Assembly: GCA_963662275.1 (NCBI GenBank)
Contig: OY759316.1
Location: forward strand, 3,872,001-3,936,000
Origin: Candidatus Cloacimonadales bacterium
GTDB taxonomy: Bacteria > Cloacimonadota > Cloacimonadia > Cloacimonadales > DAONDQ01
Direction: 5' to 3'
DNA: 64,000 nucleotides
Under the pieces are notes generated by a model, which ran no database searches, was not told the origin of the DNA, and saw nothing but the letters and a program-made list of their open reading frames with translations. The position numbers were made by a program, and so were the translations under genes. Positions 20,902 through 30,436 of the stretch are shown one piece after another (position 1 is the stretch's first letter; each line of letters opens with the position of its first letter).

Positions 20902-22347
20902 ATGAAATATGGAATATTAGTTCTTTTACTGGGAGTTTTAAGTATTAGTCTCTTCGCTGCTGATCTGCAAATTGGCGGTTTGAATCAATTGAACTATACG
21001 TACCGCGCTGCCGATGATTCTCTGCATACATTTTTTGATGATCAATTTTCTTTTTCAGCCAATTATAGTAATTTTACTTTTGGTATGAAGTTCATTGCTA
21101 ATTTACCGAAGTATAACAAATATGAAAGTAACTTAGTTTCAGAACTTGAACCTGATAAATTAACTAGTGCTTGGGATGAGCGTTATCTCGAATATACAAA
21201 GGACAATCTTTTTCTGCATGGCGGAACTTATGAAGAAACATTCGGCTCCGGAATGGTATATCGCTCCTTCCAGGACTTGGATTTTGATATTGATACAAGG
21301 CTTGAAGGAATGCAGATCAAAGTCAGTTATCCTGATTTGAAGATAAAATCACTTTATGGATCGTGGCGAAGTATCAAAACTCAGGAAGATTCACCGAAGA
21401 ATATTGCTTATGGCAGTGAAGTTGAATATACCATATTGCCAGGTATTGCAATAGCCGGAAACGGTATAGGGATGCGAGTCTACGAACCTGCAAGATACTA
21501 TTCTGAACAGGATATCTTCGGTGGTCGCTTAAGCTTGAATTATAGCTTCCTTGATGGTTCTGTGGAAGCAGCAACATCAACAAAATATCACCAGGTCACG
21601 CCAAACAGGAATGGATATGGAATTTATGCCAACAGCAATATCTACATGGGGTCTGTGAACATTAGTACAGCATACCGTAAGTATTATAAGTTCGACTATG
21701 TTTTACATGATCTTCCTGCTGTGAATTATCATAATGAGCCATTAACAGATTCCGCTGCCGGAATTGACGAAGAAGGACCACAAGGTGAAATCAGGTACAA
21801 TCATGGGGAAGATAACTCCATTCAAGTCAATTATGCAGAAGCCTGGTCATCAGATCAAAAAAATCGCTTGAATGACCTTTTTGGTGAATTTGCCCAGAAG
21901 TTCTCTTCCTGGCAAATGACCGTTGAATATTCACATATAGAAAAAAATGAAAAAGAGCTACAGCGCTGGAGTAAGGATCTGATCCCAGCTATGACCTTTG
22001 ATTTTAATATCGCCGGTAATCCGGCTCATATTCGTACTGAATATGAATATATTGAAAAGCAAAGCCAGCAAACGATTTCCTATCACTACGAGCCACTATT
22101 GCAAACGGACTATCATTTCAGGCAATTCGGAATTTCCATCATTTCGGAAACTGAAATCAAAGAGATTAGTGAAATTAGTAAATCGAGTTATTGGGTCAAT
22201 GGGGAATTCAGAACAACATTATTCGAGAATACTGATCTTCTATTTTTTGCGGGAAAGCAGAAAGGCGGGAAAGTATGTCGAAATGGCAGTTGTAAATATG
22301 TTTCTGCTTTTAATGGAATACGGCTCAGTTTAAGCACAAGATTTTAG
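20902..22347 (+). CDS. Outer-membrane beta-barrel protein (DUF6029-like)
   Basis: Signal peptide, amphipathic strands, YEETFGSG, GGKVCRNGSC, terminal Phe. Confidence 0.75.
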   Translation: MKYGILVLLLGVLSISLFAADLQIGGLNQLNYTYRAADDSLHTFFDDQFSFSANYSNFTFGMKFIANLPKYNKYESNLVSELEPDKLTSAWDERYLEYTKDNLFLHGGTYEETFGSGMVYRSFQDLDFDIDTRLEGMQIKVSYPDLKIKSLYGSWRSIKTQEDSPKNIAYGSEVEYTILPGIAIAGNGIGMRVYEPARYYSEQDIFGGRLSLNYSFLDGSVEAATSTKYHQVTPNRNGYGIYANSNIYMGSVNISTAYRKYYKFDYVLHDLPAVNYHNEPLTDSAAGIDEEGPQGEIRYNHGEDNSIQVNYAEAWSSDQKNRLNDLFGEFAQKFSSWQMTVEYSHIEKNEKELQRWSKDLIPAMTFDFNIAGNPAHIRTEYEYIEKQSQQTISYHYEPLLQTDYHFRQFGISIISETEIKEISEISKSSYWVNGEFRTTLFENTDLLFFAGKQKGGKVCRNGSCKYVSAFNGIRLSLSTRF

Positions 22348-22370
22348 ATTAACATAGAATGGAGGAATAA

Positions 22371-23738
22371 ATGAAATATCTACTTATTACGCTTTTTGTA
22401 ATTTTATTGTCTGGAATGATATGGGCACAAGTACCATACTATCCCCTAACATCCATAGCAGAAGACTTTGCTTCCACTTCTTGCACCAGTTGTTTAAACA
22501 CTTTTGCAGGTTTGAATGTGGTTGAATCACAAACAAATACCAATAATTTCTTTAGCGTCAGATATTATGCTCAATCAGGACTAGATTGGACGTTTCCGGC
22601 TGTCGAAGAAAGGTTATCATACTACCAGGTTATTGGTGTTCCATCTGCCGTTTTCAATGGAAAAGATCTGATCGGCGGAGGTTCTGATGTTTCGGATGGA
22701 GTCACTTACTTAAATACACTTTCTCCATACAAGTGGAGTTCTTCTCCAGTAAAAATGGAAGTACTTGCCTTTGATCATAATACTTTGAATGTTCAGATTA
22801 AAGTAACAATGTTCGATTCAACCTATGTTATGACAGATGCACCAATATGCTTCCTCCTGCTCCAGGATAATGTTACACCCGTGCATACACATGCGGTAAG
22901 AGATATCAAGATGGATATTGTGAATTTGACAGGAAATGGCAATACTGTGCAATTTACGAAAACTTTTACTCCTTCAATGACGATCAACCCTGATAGTTTA
23001 TGGGTAGCTGCCTTTATCCAAACCGGTGATCATACAATTCTCCAATCCGTAAGTTCAAAACCTAAACCCGATTACTACTCTCGCATCATTCTTCCTTTTA
23101 AGCAAAATTTACATGGAGATCTGGATGTGTATTATCAAAGCATCCCTTTCTATGTTTGGAATTTTGGTAATCCAGGTAATTTTACAATTAAACTTGTTAA
23201 GGATGATGCTCCTGATTCGTTGGAATTGGCATTCTGTAGTACATCAGGATCTTGTTATGGTCAAAATGTTGCAGTTCCCTTCAATTTAGGTTCTGATGCA
23301 TACAGAGGCTTCTTTGTGGATGTAACTCCGCATGTCTCTGGAATTGCTCATTTCCATTTTGAAATCACTCAGATTAACACTGGAACTCAAGAAATCATCC
23401 CATTTTCATTCGCAACTAGTGATGTTGCCAATAATGATCACTTTGCTCAATCTTCTTTAAGTTCCACAATTTCGAATTCTCCCAATCCTTTTAGAGAGCA
23501 GACAAAATTAACCTATCGTATTGAATCAAAAAACGCCGTAAATGCTTCCCTGGAAATCTATAATATCAAAGGGCAGATAGTGAAGCGTTTTTCACATTTA
23601 TCTTTGAACAATGGTGAAGGTTCACTCAATTGGAACGGTAGAGGAAATGATGGTAAAACCCTTCCTTCAGGTATCTATTTCAGCCGTTTGAAGGGCGTTC
23701 CAGGATCAAAAACACATAAAATTGTCATTTTTCGCTAA
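22371..23738 (+). CDS. Omp28-related CxxC protein with T9SS/FlgD-type C-terminal domain
   Basis: EDFASTSCTSC, GVP, SPNPF...IYNIKGQ...WNG...SGIYF. Confidence 0.8.
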   Translation: MKYLLITLFVILLSGMIWAQVPYYPLTSIAEDFASTSCTSCLNTFAGLNVVESQTNTNNFFSVRYYAQSGLDWTFPAVEERLSYYQVIGVPSAVFNGKDLIGGGSDVSDGVTYLNTLSPYKWSSSPVKMEVLAFDHNTLNVQIKVTMFDSTYVMTDAPICFLLLQDNVTPVHTHAVRDIKMDIVNLTGNGNTVQFTKTFTPSMTINPDSLWVAAFIQTGDHTILQSVSSKPKPDYYSRIILPFKQNLHGDLDVYYQSIPFYVWNFGNPGNFTIKLVKDDAPDSLELAFCSTSGSCYGQNVAVPFNLGSDAYRGFFVDVTPHVSGIAHFHFEITQINTGTQEIIPFSFATSDVANNDHFAQSSLSSTISNSPNPFREQTKLTYRIESKNAVNASLEIYNIKGQIVKRFSHLSLNNGEGSLNWNGRGNDGKTLPSGIYFSRLKGVPGSKTHKIVIFR

Positions 23739-23768
23739 ATAATGACAAGAATAAAGGAGATCAAGATA

Positions 23769-25046
23769 ATGAATCCCAAAGCAATATTACTGATTTTATC
23801 AGTATTTCTAACGGTCTTTGCTTTTGCCGTGCCACGAGATAAGTGTATTCTCGAAATTGGTACGGGCACTTGGTGTCAGTTTTGTCCTGGTGCAAGCATG
23901 GCAGCAGACGATATTGAAGCAAACGGTCTGGATGTCGCTATAATCGAATATCACAATAATGATCCATATACAAATGCTGCTTCAAATGCACGAAATAACT
24001 ATTATGAAGTTCCCGGTTGGCCGACTGCTTATTTTGATGGACTTCTTCCTTTTGATGGTGGAGATCATACTGCAAGTATGTATAGTTATTACTTACCGAG
24101 AATTAATACAAGACTGGCACGTGTATCTTCATTCACATTAGCTGGAACAGCAAATCTGAGCGGTAATTCATTACTATTACAAGGCATGGCACAAAAAGTT
24201 GGAGCTAATACTTCCGATGATATCAAATTACATATGGTAGTGACAGAATCTAATATTCATGTAGTCTGGCAAGGTCAAAATCATGTCAGTTTTGTCGAAA
24301 GAGCCATGTATCCGAATGCAAATGGAACATCAGTGAGTTTCGATTCAAATTCCAAACAGACTGTGACGGGTGCGATAACTCTTAGCTCGAATTGGGTACG
24401 GAATAATATGGAAGTCGTTGTATTCCTTCAAGATAATACAACTAAAGAAATACTCCAAGGTACTAAATTCAGTTTCTCTGACATCTCAAAGATTCCAACT
24501 TCTTTAACTGCAGAACTAAATAGCGAAAATCATGTCGTTCTAAACTGGTGTGCACCAACAGAAATTCCTATGGCATATGGTGTATATAAAAACGATGAAT
24601 TTCTCGATTTTACAGAGGCAACTAGTACTACTTTTACTGATCCAGAAGTCTTTACAGGCACTGCATCATACAAAGTAAATGCTTTATTCGAGGCGGAAGA
24701 ATCATTATTCTCCCTGGAAGCGGTTGTTCTACCGGTGGATAATCATGATGCTGCCATGCTTCCAGTAATACCATCAGTTATTACATCTATCTATCCTAAT
24801 CCATTTAATCCTGAAACACGTATTTCCTATACACTTCAGAATTCTGGATCTGTGCAAATCAGCATCTATAATCTTCTTGGTCAAAAAATCAGGCAAGTTG
24901 TAAATACTAACCAGGTATCCGGAACACATATTATCTCTTGGGATGGTAAAGATGAACTTGGAAATGGTATGAGCAGCGGAATATATTTCGTTCGTATGGA
25001 TACAAAAGATTCGCATGATTCAAAAAAAATCATGTTGTTAAAATAA
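23769..25046 (+). CDS. Omp28-related CxxC protein with FN3-like and T9SS/FlgD-type C-terminal domains
   Basis: EIGTGTWCQFCP, GWPT, YPNPFNP...IYNLLGQ...WDG...SSGIYF; ATG 23769 follows AAGGAG. Confidence 0.85.
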   Translation: MNPKAILLILSVFLTVFAFAVPRDKCILEIGTGTWCQFCPGASMAADDIEANGLDVAIIEYHNNDPYTNAASNARNNYYEVPGWPTAYFDGLLPFDGGDHTASMYSYYLPRINTRLARVSSFTLAGTANLSGNSLLLQGMAQKVGANTSDDIKLHMVVTESNIHVVWQGQNHVSFVERAMYPNANGTSVSFDSNSKQTVTGAITLSSNWVRNNMEVVVFLQDNTTKEILQGTKFSFSDISKIPTSLTAELNSENHVVLNWCAPTEIPMAYGVYKNDEFLDFTEATSTTFTDPEVFTGTASYKVNALFEAEESLFSLEAVVLPVDNHDAAMLPVIPSVITSIYPNPFNPETRISYTLQNSGSVQISIYNLLGQKIRQVVNTNQVSGTHIISWDGKDELGNGMSSGIYFVRMDTKDSHDSKKIMLLK

Positions 25047-25085
25047 CAATGTTATTAGACAGGCCCGTTTGTCTGTCATCCGCTT

Positions 25086-25112
25086 GTAGAGACGCTCAAC
25101 TTGGGCGTCTCT
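25086..25112. repeat. GTAG-headed REP hairpin, probably also a terminator
   Basis: GTAGAGACGCTCAACTTGGGCGTCTCT followed by T run, between convergent genes. Confidence 0.7.
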
Positions 25113-25128
25113 TTTCTGTATATTCGAG

Positions 25129-26496
25129 TTAAACGCTTAACGAAAATGGGGTGGCGTTTATTCCTGCAACCCAACCAGTTGAAAATGCTGCCTGGAGATT
25201 ATAACCACCTGTATCGGCATCGAGATCAAGGATTTCACCAGCAAAATACAGATTAGGAATAAGTTTGGAAGCCATTGTATGCGGATCAACGCTTTTCAAA
25301 TCGATACCTCCAGCAGTGATGATGGCTTCATTCCAGTCACGATAACCCGTGATAGGTATTTGAAAGTCTTTCAACCAGACACGCAGACGTTTTCGTTCTT
25401 CACAAGTTACTTGGTTGGAAGGCTTATTCAAATTGAGTCCTGTCAATTCTGCACAAAGCGGTATCATCTGTTGGGGAAGCAATCCGTTCATGACAACATG
25501 GAATGGTTGTTTGGTTGCTTTCTCGATTTCCCGCAACAGGCGAGCATCAAGCTGCTCCATCTCCAATGCAGGCTTCAGATCGATGGAGAGGACAACCCCC
25601 CTTAATCCCCCCTCTGCTAGGGAGGTCTCTTCTTTCGCACTTCGTACTTCGAACTTCGCACTTCGTACTTCCTTCACTGCTTTTCCACTCATTGAAAGTA
25701 TAATCGGTCCACAGACTGTATTATCCCTGAATTCCATTTCCCCGAAATCGGAGAGAACCTTTTTATTATTGATGAACAGCGAAGCTTTCACGTTCTTAAG
25801 AGCTAAGCCATCCAGTTCTTTGAGTATGTGTTCATCCGTCAGTAATGGAACTAGAGCTGGTAATGGGTCGATAATTGGATGTCCGACTGATTCAGCCAGG
25901 ATGAAGCCATCTCCTGTTGATCCTGTGAGAGGGTAGGATTGTCCACCTGTGGCAAGAATAACTGCATTGGCAAAGACAGTGGTGGATTCCACTTTTCTTA
26001 CTTCGTGTCCCTTTATTTTGAGTTGCTGTTTATCATTATATTTTTCAATATGATAGGTGATACCTGTGATATGTCCTTCATCCATCACAAAACCAAAGAC
26101 ACGTGATTCATTCCGTATTTCCACACCGCATTTCACTGCCCACTTGATGAGTGCATCGGTTACTTCCACAGCACTGCCGGATGTGGGAAAAACACGACTC
26201 CCGCGTTCGACTGTAGTCTCAACTCCAATCTTGTTGAAGAAATCGATCAAATCCTGTGAGAAGAACTGGCTGAATGCCTGTCTTAAAAACTTTCCATTCT
26301 TACCAAAATGCTGGATGAATTCAGGTAAAGGAGTGATATTTGTCATATTACAGCGTCCCTTCCCCGTAATACGCAGTTTTCTGCCAGTACGATTCATTCT
26401 TTCGAGAAGGATTACTCTCAGTCCACGTTTGGCAGCCATGCCCGCAGCCATTAAGCCTGCTGGACCGCCACCGATGACGGCAATATCATAATTCAT
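25129..26496 (-). CDS. HI0933/BaiN-family flavoprotein with in-frame repeat-derived insertion
   Basis: GGGPAGLMAA, GKGRCN, GRVFP-like SRVFP, ATGG, TGGYNLQAA. Confidence 0.92.
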   Translation of the reverse strand: MNYDIAVIGGGPAGLMAAGMAAKRGLRVILLERMNRTGRKLRITGKGRCNMTNITPLPEFIQHFGKNGKFLRQAFSQFFSQDLIDFFNKIGVETTVERGSRVFPTSGSAVEVTDALIKWAVKCGVEIRNESRVFGFVMDEGHITGITYHIEKYNDKQQLKIKGHEVRKVESTTVFANAVILATGGQSYPLTGSTGDGFILAESVGHPIIDPLPALVPLLTDEHILKELDGLALKNVKASLFINNKKVLSDFGEMEFRDNTVCGPIILSMSGKAVKEVRSAKFEVRSAKEETSLAEGGLRGVVLSIDLKPALEMEQLDARLLREIEKATKQPFHVVMNGLLPQQMIPLCAELTGLNLNKPSNQVTCEERKRLRVWLKDFQIPITGYRDWNEAIITAGGIDLKSVDPHTMASKLIPNLYFAGEILDLDADTGGYNLQAAFSTGWVAGINATPFSLSV

Positions 26497-26550
26497 AGAA
26501 ACTCCGTTTCATTAAACTAAAAACTAATAACTAAAAGTGGCAGAGAGGGT

Positions 26551-26614
26551 TTGGAGTTCAAATTTCCTTTGTGACTGTTACAAGCACTTAGATAATAGGA
26601 AATTCGGACTTCAA
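26551..26614 (+). repeat. 64-bp hairpin element TTGGAGTTCAA...TYGGACTTCAA, with an inverted half copy at 26663-26674
   Basis: Related copies at 30276-30339 and 30372-30436. Confidence 0.75.
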
Positions 26615-26729
26615 ACCTTGTAAAATTAAGCTGACTTTCGCTACAGGGTAAGAGAAAATCGATTTTGAAGTCCGTTTTCCCTTTTCTGATACCTGAAACC
26701 TGGAACCTTCTGCACTCCCCTATACGCTG

Positions 26730-26879
26730 TTAGCTGTCCCCTTTCTTCAGCTCCGCTTTCAGGAACTTCCGTACTGATTTCCTGCCTTTGCGTTTGAACC
26801 AACGCTTTGATTCTGTATGCGCTTCATCGGGATGAGCAGGTCGTTTCCTCTGGTAAAGCCGTTGTGTGCCTTTCTTCAT
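26730..26879 (-). CDS. Small basic hypothetical protein, 49 aa (not in ORF track)
   Basis: ATGA overlap with upstream stop; MKKGTQRLYQRKRPAHPDEAHTESKRWFKRKGRKSVRKFLKAELKKGDS. Confidence 0.5.
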   Translation of the reverse strand: MKKGTQRLYQRKRPAHPDEAHTESKRWFKRKGRKSVRKFLKAELKKGDS

Positions 26880-27979
26880 TTTTTAGTTACCGTCCAGGTT
26901 TTGCCTTCATTATTGATAAACCATGTACAATATCCATCCCGTGCTTTTATGCTAGCGATGTAACTCTTGGGTTTTACTTCAATCCTGGGTGATTTCCAAG
27001 ATTTCGATGCAAGAAAGGAAGTTTCTTTCACCACTTTTGAAGCATAACTACCATTTTGTAGATAATACTCTTTCTCAAGATAGTAAATTCGTCTTAATGT
27101 CCAAATAACTTGATAGTCAATTCTTTCCGTAACAGGATCCATGACTGCATCGGGGTGATGCTTCAAATTTAGAAATCCCCACATCTCGGGATAATGCATA
27201 GCCACAAGACCTTGAGGAGACCATACCCAATTATCTTCAGGAAGAGGATTACCCTTGCTGTCATTTTGCTTCACATATTGACCATTCACGACATCATGTT
27301 TCCATTCCACCCTTGAAAAATTCACACGTAATTGTTTGTAGTCATGATACCTTAAATAGTTTGTGTCCATACATATAGATTCCCAAGGAATTGCAATTTC
27401 AACAGACCAGCCCCTATCTTTATCATTCGGGTTGTTCAGAGTACCATTCAAATATACTGCAGTCTTAAGACCATCAATATTCCAAGAGTCAACCGCGACC
27501 TTATCTCCATCCCGATAGGGTTTTAAAAGCATTAAATCCCAAACGGTGTTCAGTGCATTGATCTCTAATTCATAATAATTGTGTGTATCACTATCCGTAT
27601 CTATAAAAACTTCAAAGTCATTATCATGAAAGATGACTGCATCTCTATCTTTTATCGTTGCCCAGAGATCCGTTTCTTCCATTTCAGCCCCAATATATAA
27701 GTACTTCTCATCCCATAGCATCTTTGCTTTCGTTAGGAATCTTGGTTTAGGCATAGATTCGGATACTATATCTACAAAGGAATCTGTCCATTGAGCCTGT
27801 TGCCAAACTTTCTCACTTAATTGACCATCAATTGTCAGTGGATTGTTCCAGATTAAAGGACAATCATATGTTTTTGGATTAAAAGGAATCTGCGGTACAG
27901 GAAAAAGCAGTGCTTTATCTTCCGCATACAGTGATAGACAGGCTATCATAAAGAAAAGAATGATGAGATACTTTCTCAT
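26876..27979 (-). CDS. Exported carbohydrate-binding family 9-like protein
   Basis: IDGQLSEKVW, AKMLWD, DNDFEVFID, YYELEINA, WVWSPQG, HYPEMWG. Confidence 0.85.
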   Translation of the reverse strand: MRKYLIILFFMIACLSLYAEDKALLFPVPQIPFNPKTYDCPLIWNNPLTIDGQLSEKVWQQAQWTDSFVDIVSESMPKPRFLTKAKMLWDEKYLYIGAEMEETDLWATIKDRDAVIFHDNDFEVFIDTDSDTHNYYELEINALNTVWDLMLLKPYRDGDKVAVDSWNIDGLKTAVYLNGTLNNPNDKDRGWSVEIAIPWESICMDTNYLRYHDYKQLRVNFSRVEWKHDVVNGQYVKQNDSKGNPLPEDNWVWSPQGLVAMHYPEMWGFLNLKHHPDAVMDPVTERIDYQVIWTLRRIYYLEKEYYLQNGSYASKVVKETSFLASKSWKSPRIEVKPKSYIASIKARDGYCTWFINNEGKTWTVTKK

Positions 27980-27995
27980 AAAAACTCCATTGAAA

Positions 27996-28143
27996 GTGGA
28001 GTAGGATTCCGATCCTACTGAACACTTAGCTATATTCTACATCTCTTAAAATCTATTTTATGTAGAGTGGTAGTATTAGTTTACTATGCAGTAGGATCGG
28101 AATCCTACTCCACGGCAAGTTACCCGCTAAAGTGGGTGCTAAG
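27996..28143. repeat. GTGG-headed REP doublet (TTCCGA loop, family B) plus a family C REP overlapping the GH130 stop
   Basis: GTGGAGTAGGATTCCGATCCTACT at 27996, inverted copy ending 28113; CCCGCTAAAGTGGGTGCTAAG at about 28123-28143. Confidence 0.85.
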
Positions 28144-29122
28144 CTTTACAGTCGTTCAGCAAATCCTGAATAGTAGTTTCAGCGAGGCATACACATGTAT
28201 CTGCAGCACCGTAATAAACCTTCACTTCGCTATCAGGAAGAGAAAAGCCTTCTGCATCGTAATCCTCAACGATAATACCGGAAGGAAAGACCACATTCGG
28301 CACTTGTCCTGTTAATTCATATAATTCACGCGGTTCAAGGATGTTATATTTCCCTCTGGCAAGCACCTTTTGCGGTTGCTTTAGATCCAAGAGTACAACA
28401 CCGGCTTGATATATATTCGTAGAACCGAAGTGCGTGGCAACGCCATGATAGATATGCAGCCAGCCTTCTCTTGTTTTCACTGGTGGTGTACCGGAACCGA
28501 TGAGTTCATCCCAGTAATGGGAATTGCCCATGAGAATTGGTCCCAGCATTTTCCAATTGGTGAGTTGTGGGGATTCAGATACCCATATTCTTGCCCCTGT
28601 AGCGGGTTCACCAGGCTTGACCAATGTATTCGGTCTTTCCAATCTCAGGAACTTACCGTTGAACTTTTCGGGGAAAAGCACACCATTACGAGTATCAATT
28701 CTAGGAGCTACGCCGATGAAATGAAATTCCCTGAAATCAGTTGTCTGTGCCACACCCAGCTTGCATCCCTGTTCAAAATCCATGGCAAACATGATATAAT
28801 ATACATCTTCCACTTTGGTGATACGTGGATCATAGCAATGATAGACGATTGGATTCTTGGTCTTCAAACCTTCAAAACGCACGATCTCATTCCTTACTTC
28901 AAACTTTACTCCATCATCGCTTTCAGCCATTACAAAGTATGTTTCACGTGCTCTATTCTGTACTCTCAGCATGAGCATGTATTTATCTTTGTACTTAATG
29001 GCACCGGGATTGAAAACAGATGTCACATCATGCAGATGTGGAAGGATATCAGGTATATCCGAACGGGTAAGGATGGGGTTGTTGGCATTGCGAACTAACA
29101 TAATAAACTCCGTTTTATTCAA
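28139..29122 (-). CDS. GH130 beta-mannoside phosphorylase/hydrolase
   Basis: NPIL, VFNPGA, YDPRI, RNGVLFPEK, PNVVFP, YYGAAD. Confidence 0.92.
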   Translation of the reverse strand: MNKTEFIMLVRNANNPILTRSDIPDILPHLHDVTSVFNPGAIKYKDKYMLMLRVQNRARETYFVMAESDDGVKFEVRNEIVRFEGLKTKNPIVYHCYDPRITKVEDVYYIMFAMDFEQGCKLGVAQTTDFREFHFIGVAPRIDTRNGVLFPEKFNGKFLRLERPNTLVKPGEPATGARIWVSESPQLTNWKMLGPILMGNSHYWDELIGSGTPPVKTREGWLHIYHGVATHFGSTNIYQAGVVLLDLKQPQKVLARGKYNILEPRELYELTGQVPNVVFPSGIIVEDYDAEGFSLPDSEVKVYYGAADTCVCLAETTIQDLLNDCKA

Positions 29123-29262
29123 TTAAAAATTAAAGATTAAAAAAATTAAGAATTACAGAGAAGAACTAACTCTCCCCTTCGACTACGCTCAGGGAACCTA
29201 ACCCCTCTCTTTACAAAAGAGCGGGGAACCAGACTTGACTGCTCTGTACTAGAACCTAACAC

Positions 29263-30255
29263 CTAGCATCTAACACCCTCTGCAATCTTCTGCCACACCA
29301 GTTCCGCATTGGCAGGTCTCAGCGATGACATATGTTTGCACGCTTCAAAACCCCAAGTAGCGATATTGGACATACCCAGTGTCTTCATGATAGAAAAAGC
29401 TTCGCTGATTTCATCTTCCCGATCTGCAGGAACGCGGAAAGCCTGTATCCAGAGCTGTTCTTTCTTATTGTATTTCTCACATAAATCCATGACTTTTAAG
29501 CAATACTTCGTAACAAACTCTTCCACAGATATCTTAGTCAAGTACCAATACGGATCCGTTCCAAACATGTCAACAAAAGGTAGAGAAGCTACTTTCTCCC
29601 AATCCATTTCCTGGTCGGCATTGAATTCATCGGGAAGTAAACAAACGGCATTCTTCACACCCAGTTCATGGGCATATTCTGTCATATTGGCAAGGAAATC
29701 AACAACACTATCATCACGGAAATGAACGACATCAATCATCTTTTCTATTGGCATTTCCATTCCAAACTGTAAAAGAAACTTCTCTTTGCAGTAAGAACAC
29801 CGACATGTCCAAAGCTCTTTCTGGTCAGGTCTGCCAAACCACTTGGCAATGTACCAGTGCGGTTCGTCCCAGAGAATATAATCCGCTTTCAGTCTTGCTG
29901 CACTATCAATCCATAACTTCATCTGCTTATGAAACAACGGATTATTCAGACAGACGGCAGGTGCCATTTCACCATTATTGAGTACCTGGTTCATTTCAGG
30001 ATTGGTGGAAACGAGCCTGGAGAAAGCTTCTCCCCCATAAATAGCTCCAAGTCCCCAAGGGTCAAGATGAACGGAAAGACCAAGTTCATGCGCATCTTCT
30101 ATTATTTCTTTCATGGTCTCTTCGTAGTAAGCCCAGTCATTTTCACTATAAGTATGAACAACATATGTGAAGCCATTCTCCACGAGGGATTGCATATCCT
30201 GTTTCACGTAACGGCGAAGGCGATTGCCGAAGTAACTGACACCATAGTCCATCAT
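29263..30255 (-). CDS. Uncharacterised TIM-barrel glycoside hydrolase-like protein
   Basis: GVSYFG, LWDEPHW, CRCSYC metal loop, GTDPYW; located in sugar locus. Confidence 0.6.
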   Translation of the reverse strand: MMDYGVSYFGNRLRRYVKQDMQSLVENGFTYVVHTYSENDWAYYEETMKEIIEDAHELGLSVHLDPWGLGAIYGGEAFSRLVSTNPEMNQVLNNGEMAPAVCLNNPLFHKQMKLWIDSAARLKADYILWDEPHWYIAKWFGRPDQKELWTCRCSYCKEKFLLQFGMEMPIEKMIDVVHFRDDSVVDFLANMTEYAHELGVKNAVCLLPDEFNADQEMDWEKVASLPFVDMFGTDPYWYLTKISVEEFVTKYCLKVMDLCEKYNKKEQLWIQAFRVPADREDEISEAFSIMKTLGMSNIATWGFEACKHMSSLRPANAELVWQKIAEGVRC

Positions 30256-30275
30256 ATCTCCATTGTTTTTTTCTT

Positions 30276-30436
30276 TTGGAGTTCAAACATCCTTCGAGGA
30301 CTAAGAAAAACATAGACTTATAGGATGTTTGGACTTCAAATCCATTTTTGGCTCGTTCGTCCAATACTGGCTTGAAGTCCAACTTGCCTTTCACTCTCAA
30401 TTAATCTTAAGTCTATCAAGGCAAGTTGAACTCCAA
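30276..30436. repeat. Inverted pair of 64-65 bp hairpin elements
   Basis: 30276-30339 (+) and 30372-30436 (-); same arms as 26551-26614; second copy overlaps the mannosidase 3' end. Confidence 0.8.

Noticed and set aside
17445..25046. Selenocysteine (UGA) recoding in the redox operon
   Set aside because: All CxxC motifs are encoded by Cys codons in uninterrupted frames
28406..29098. 230-aa plus-strand ORF and similar long antisense ORFs (25415-25936, 32819-33406)
   Set aside because: Fully overlap well-supported genes on the opposite strand and show no motifs
26551..30436. Integron attC sites
   Set aside because: No RYYYAAC/GTTRRRY cores or extrahelical bases, no integrase, and copies are inverted relative to each other
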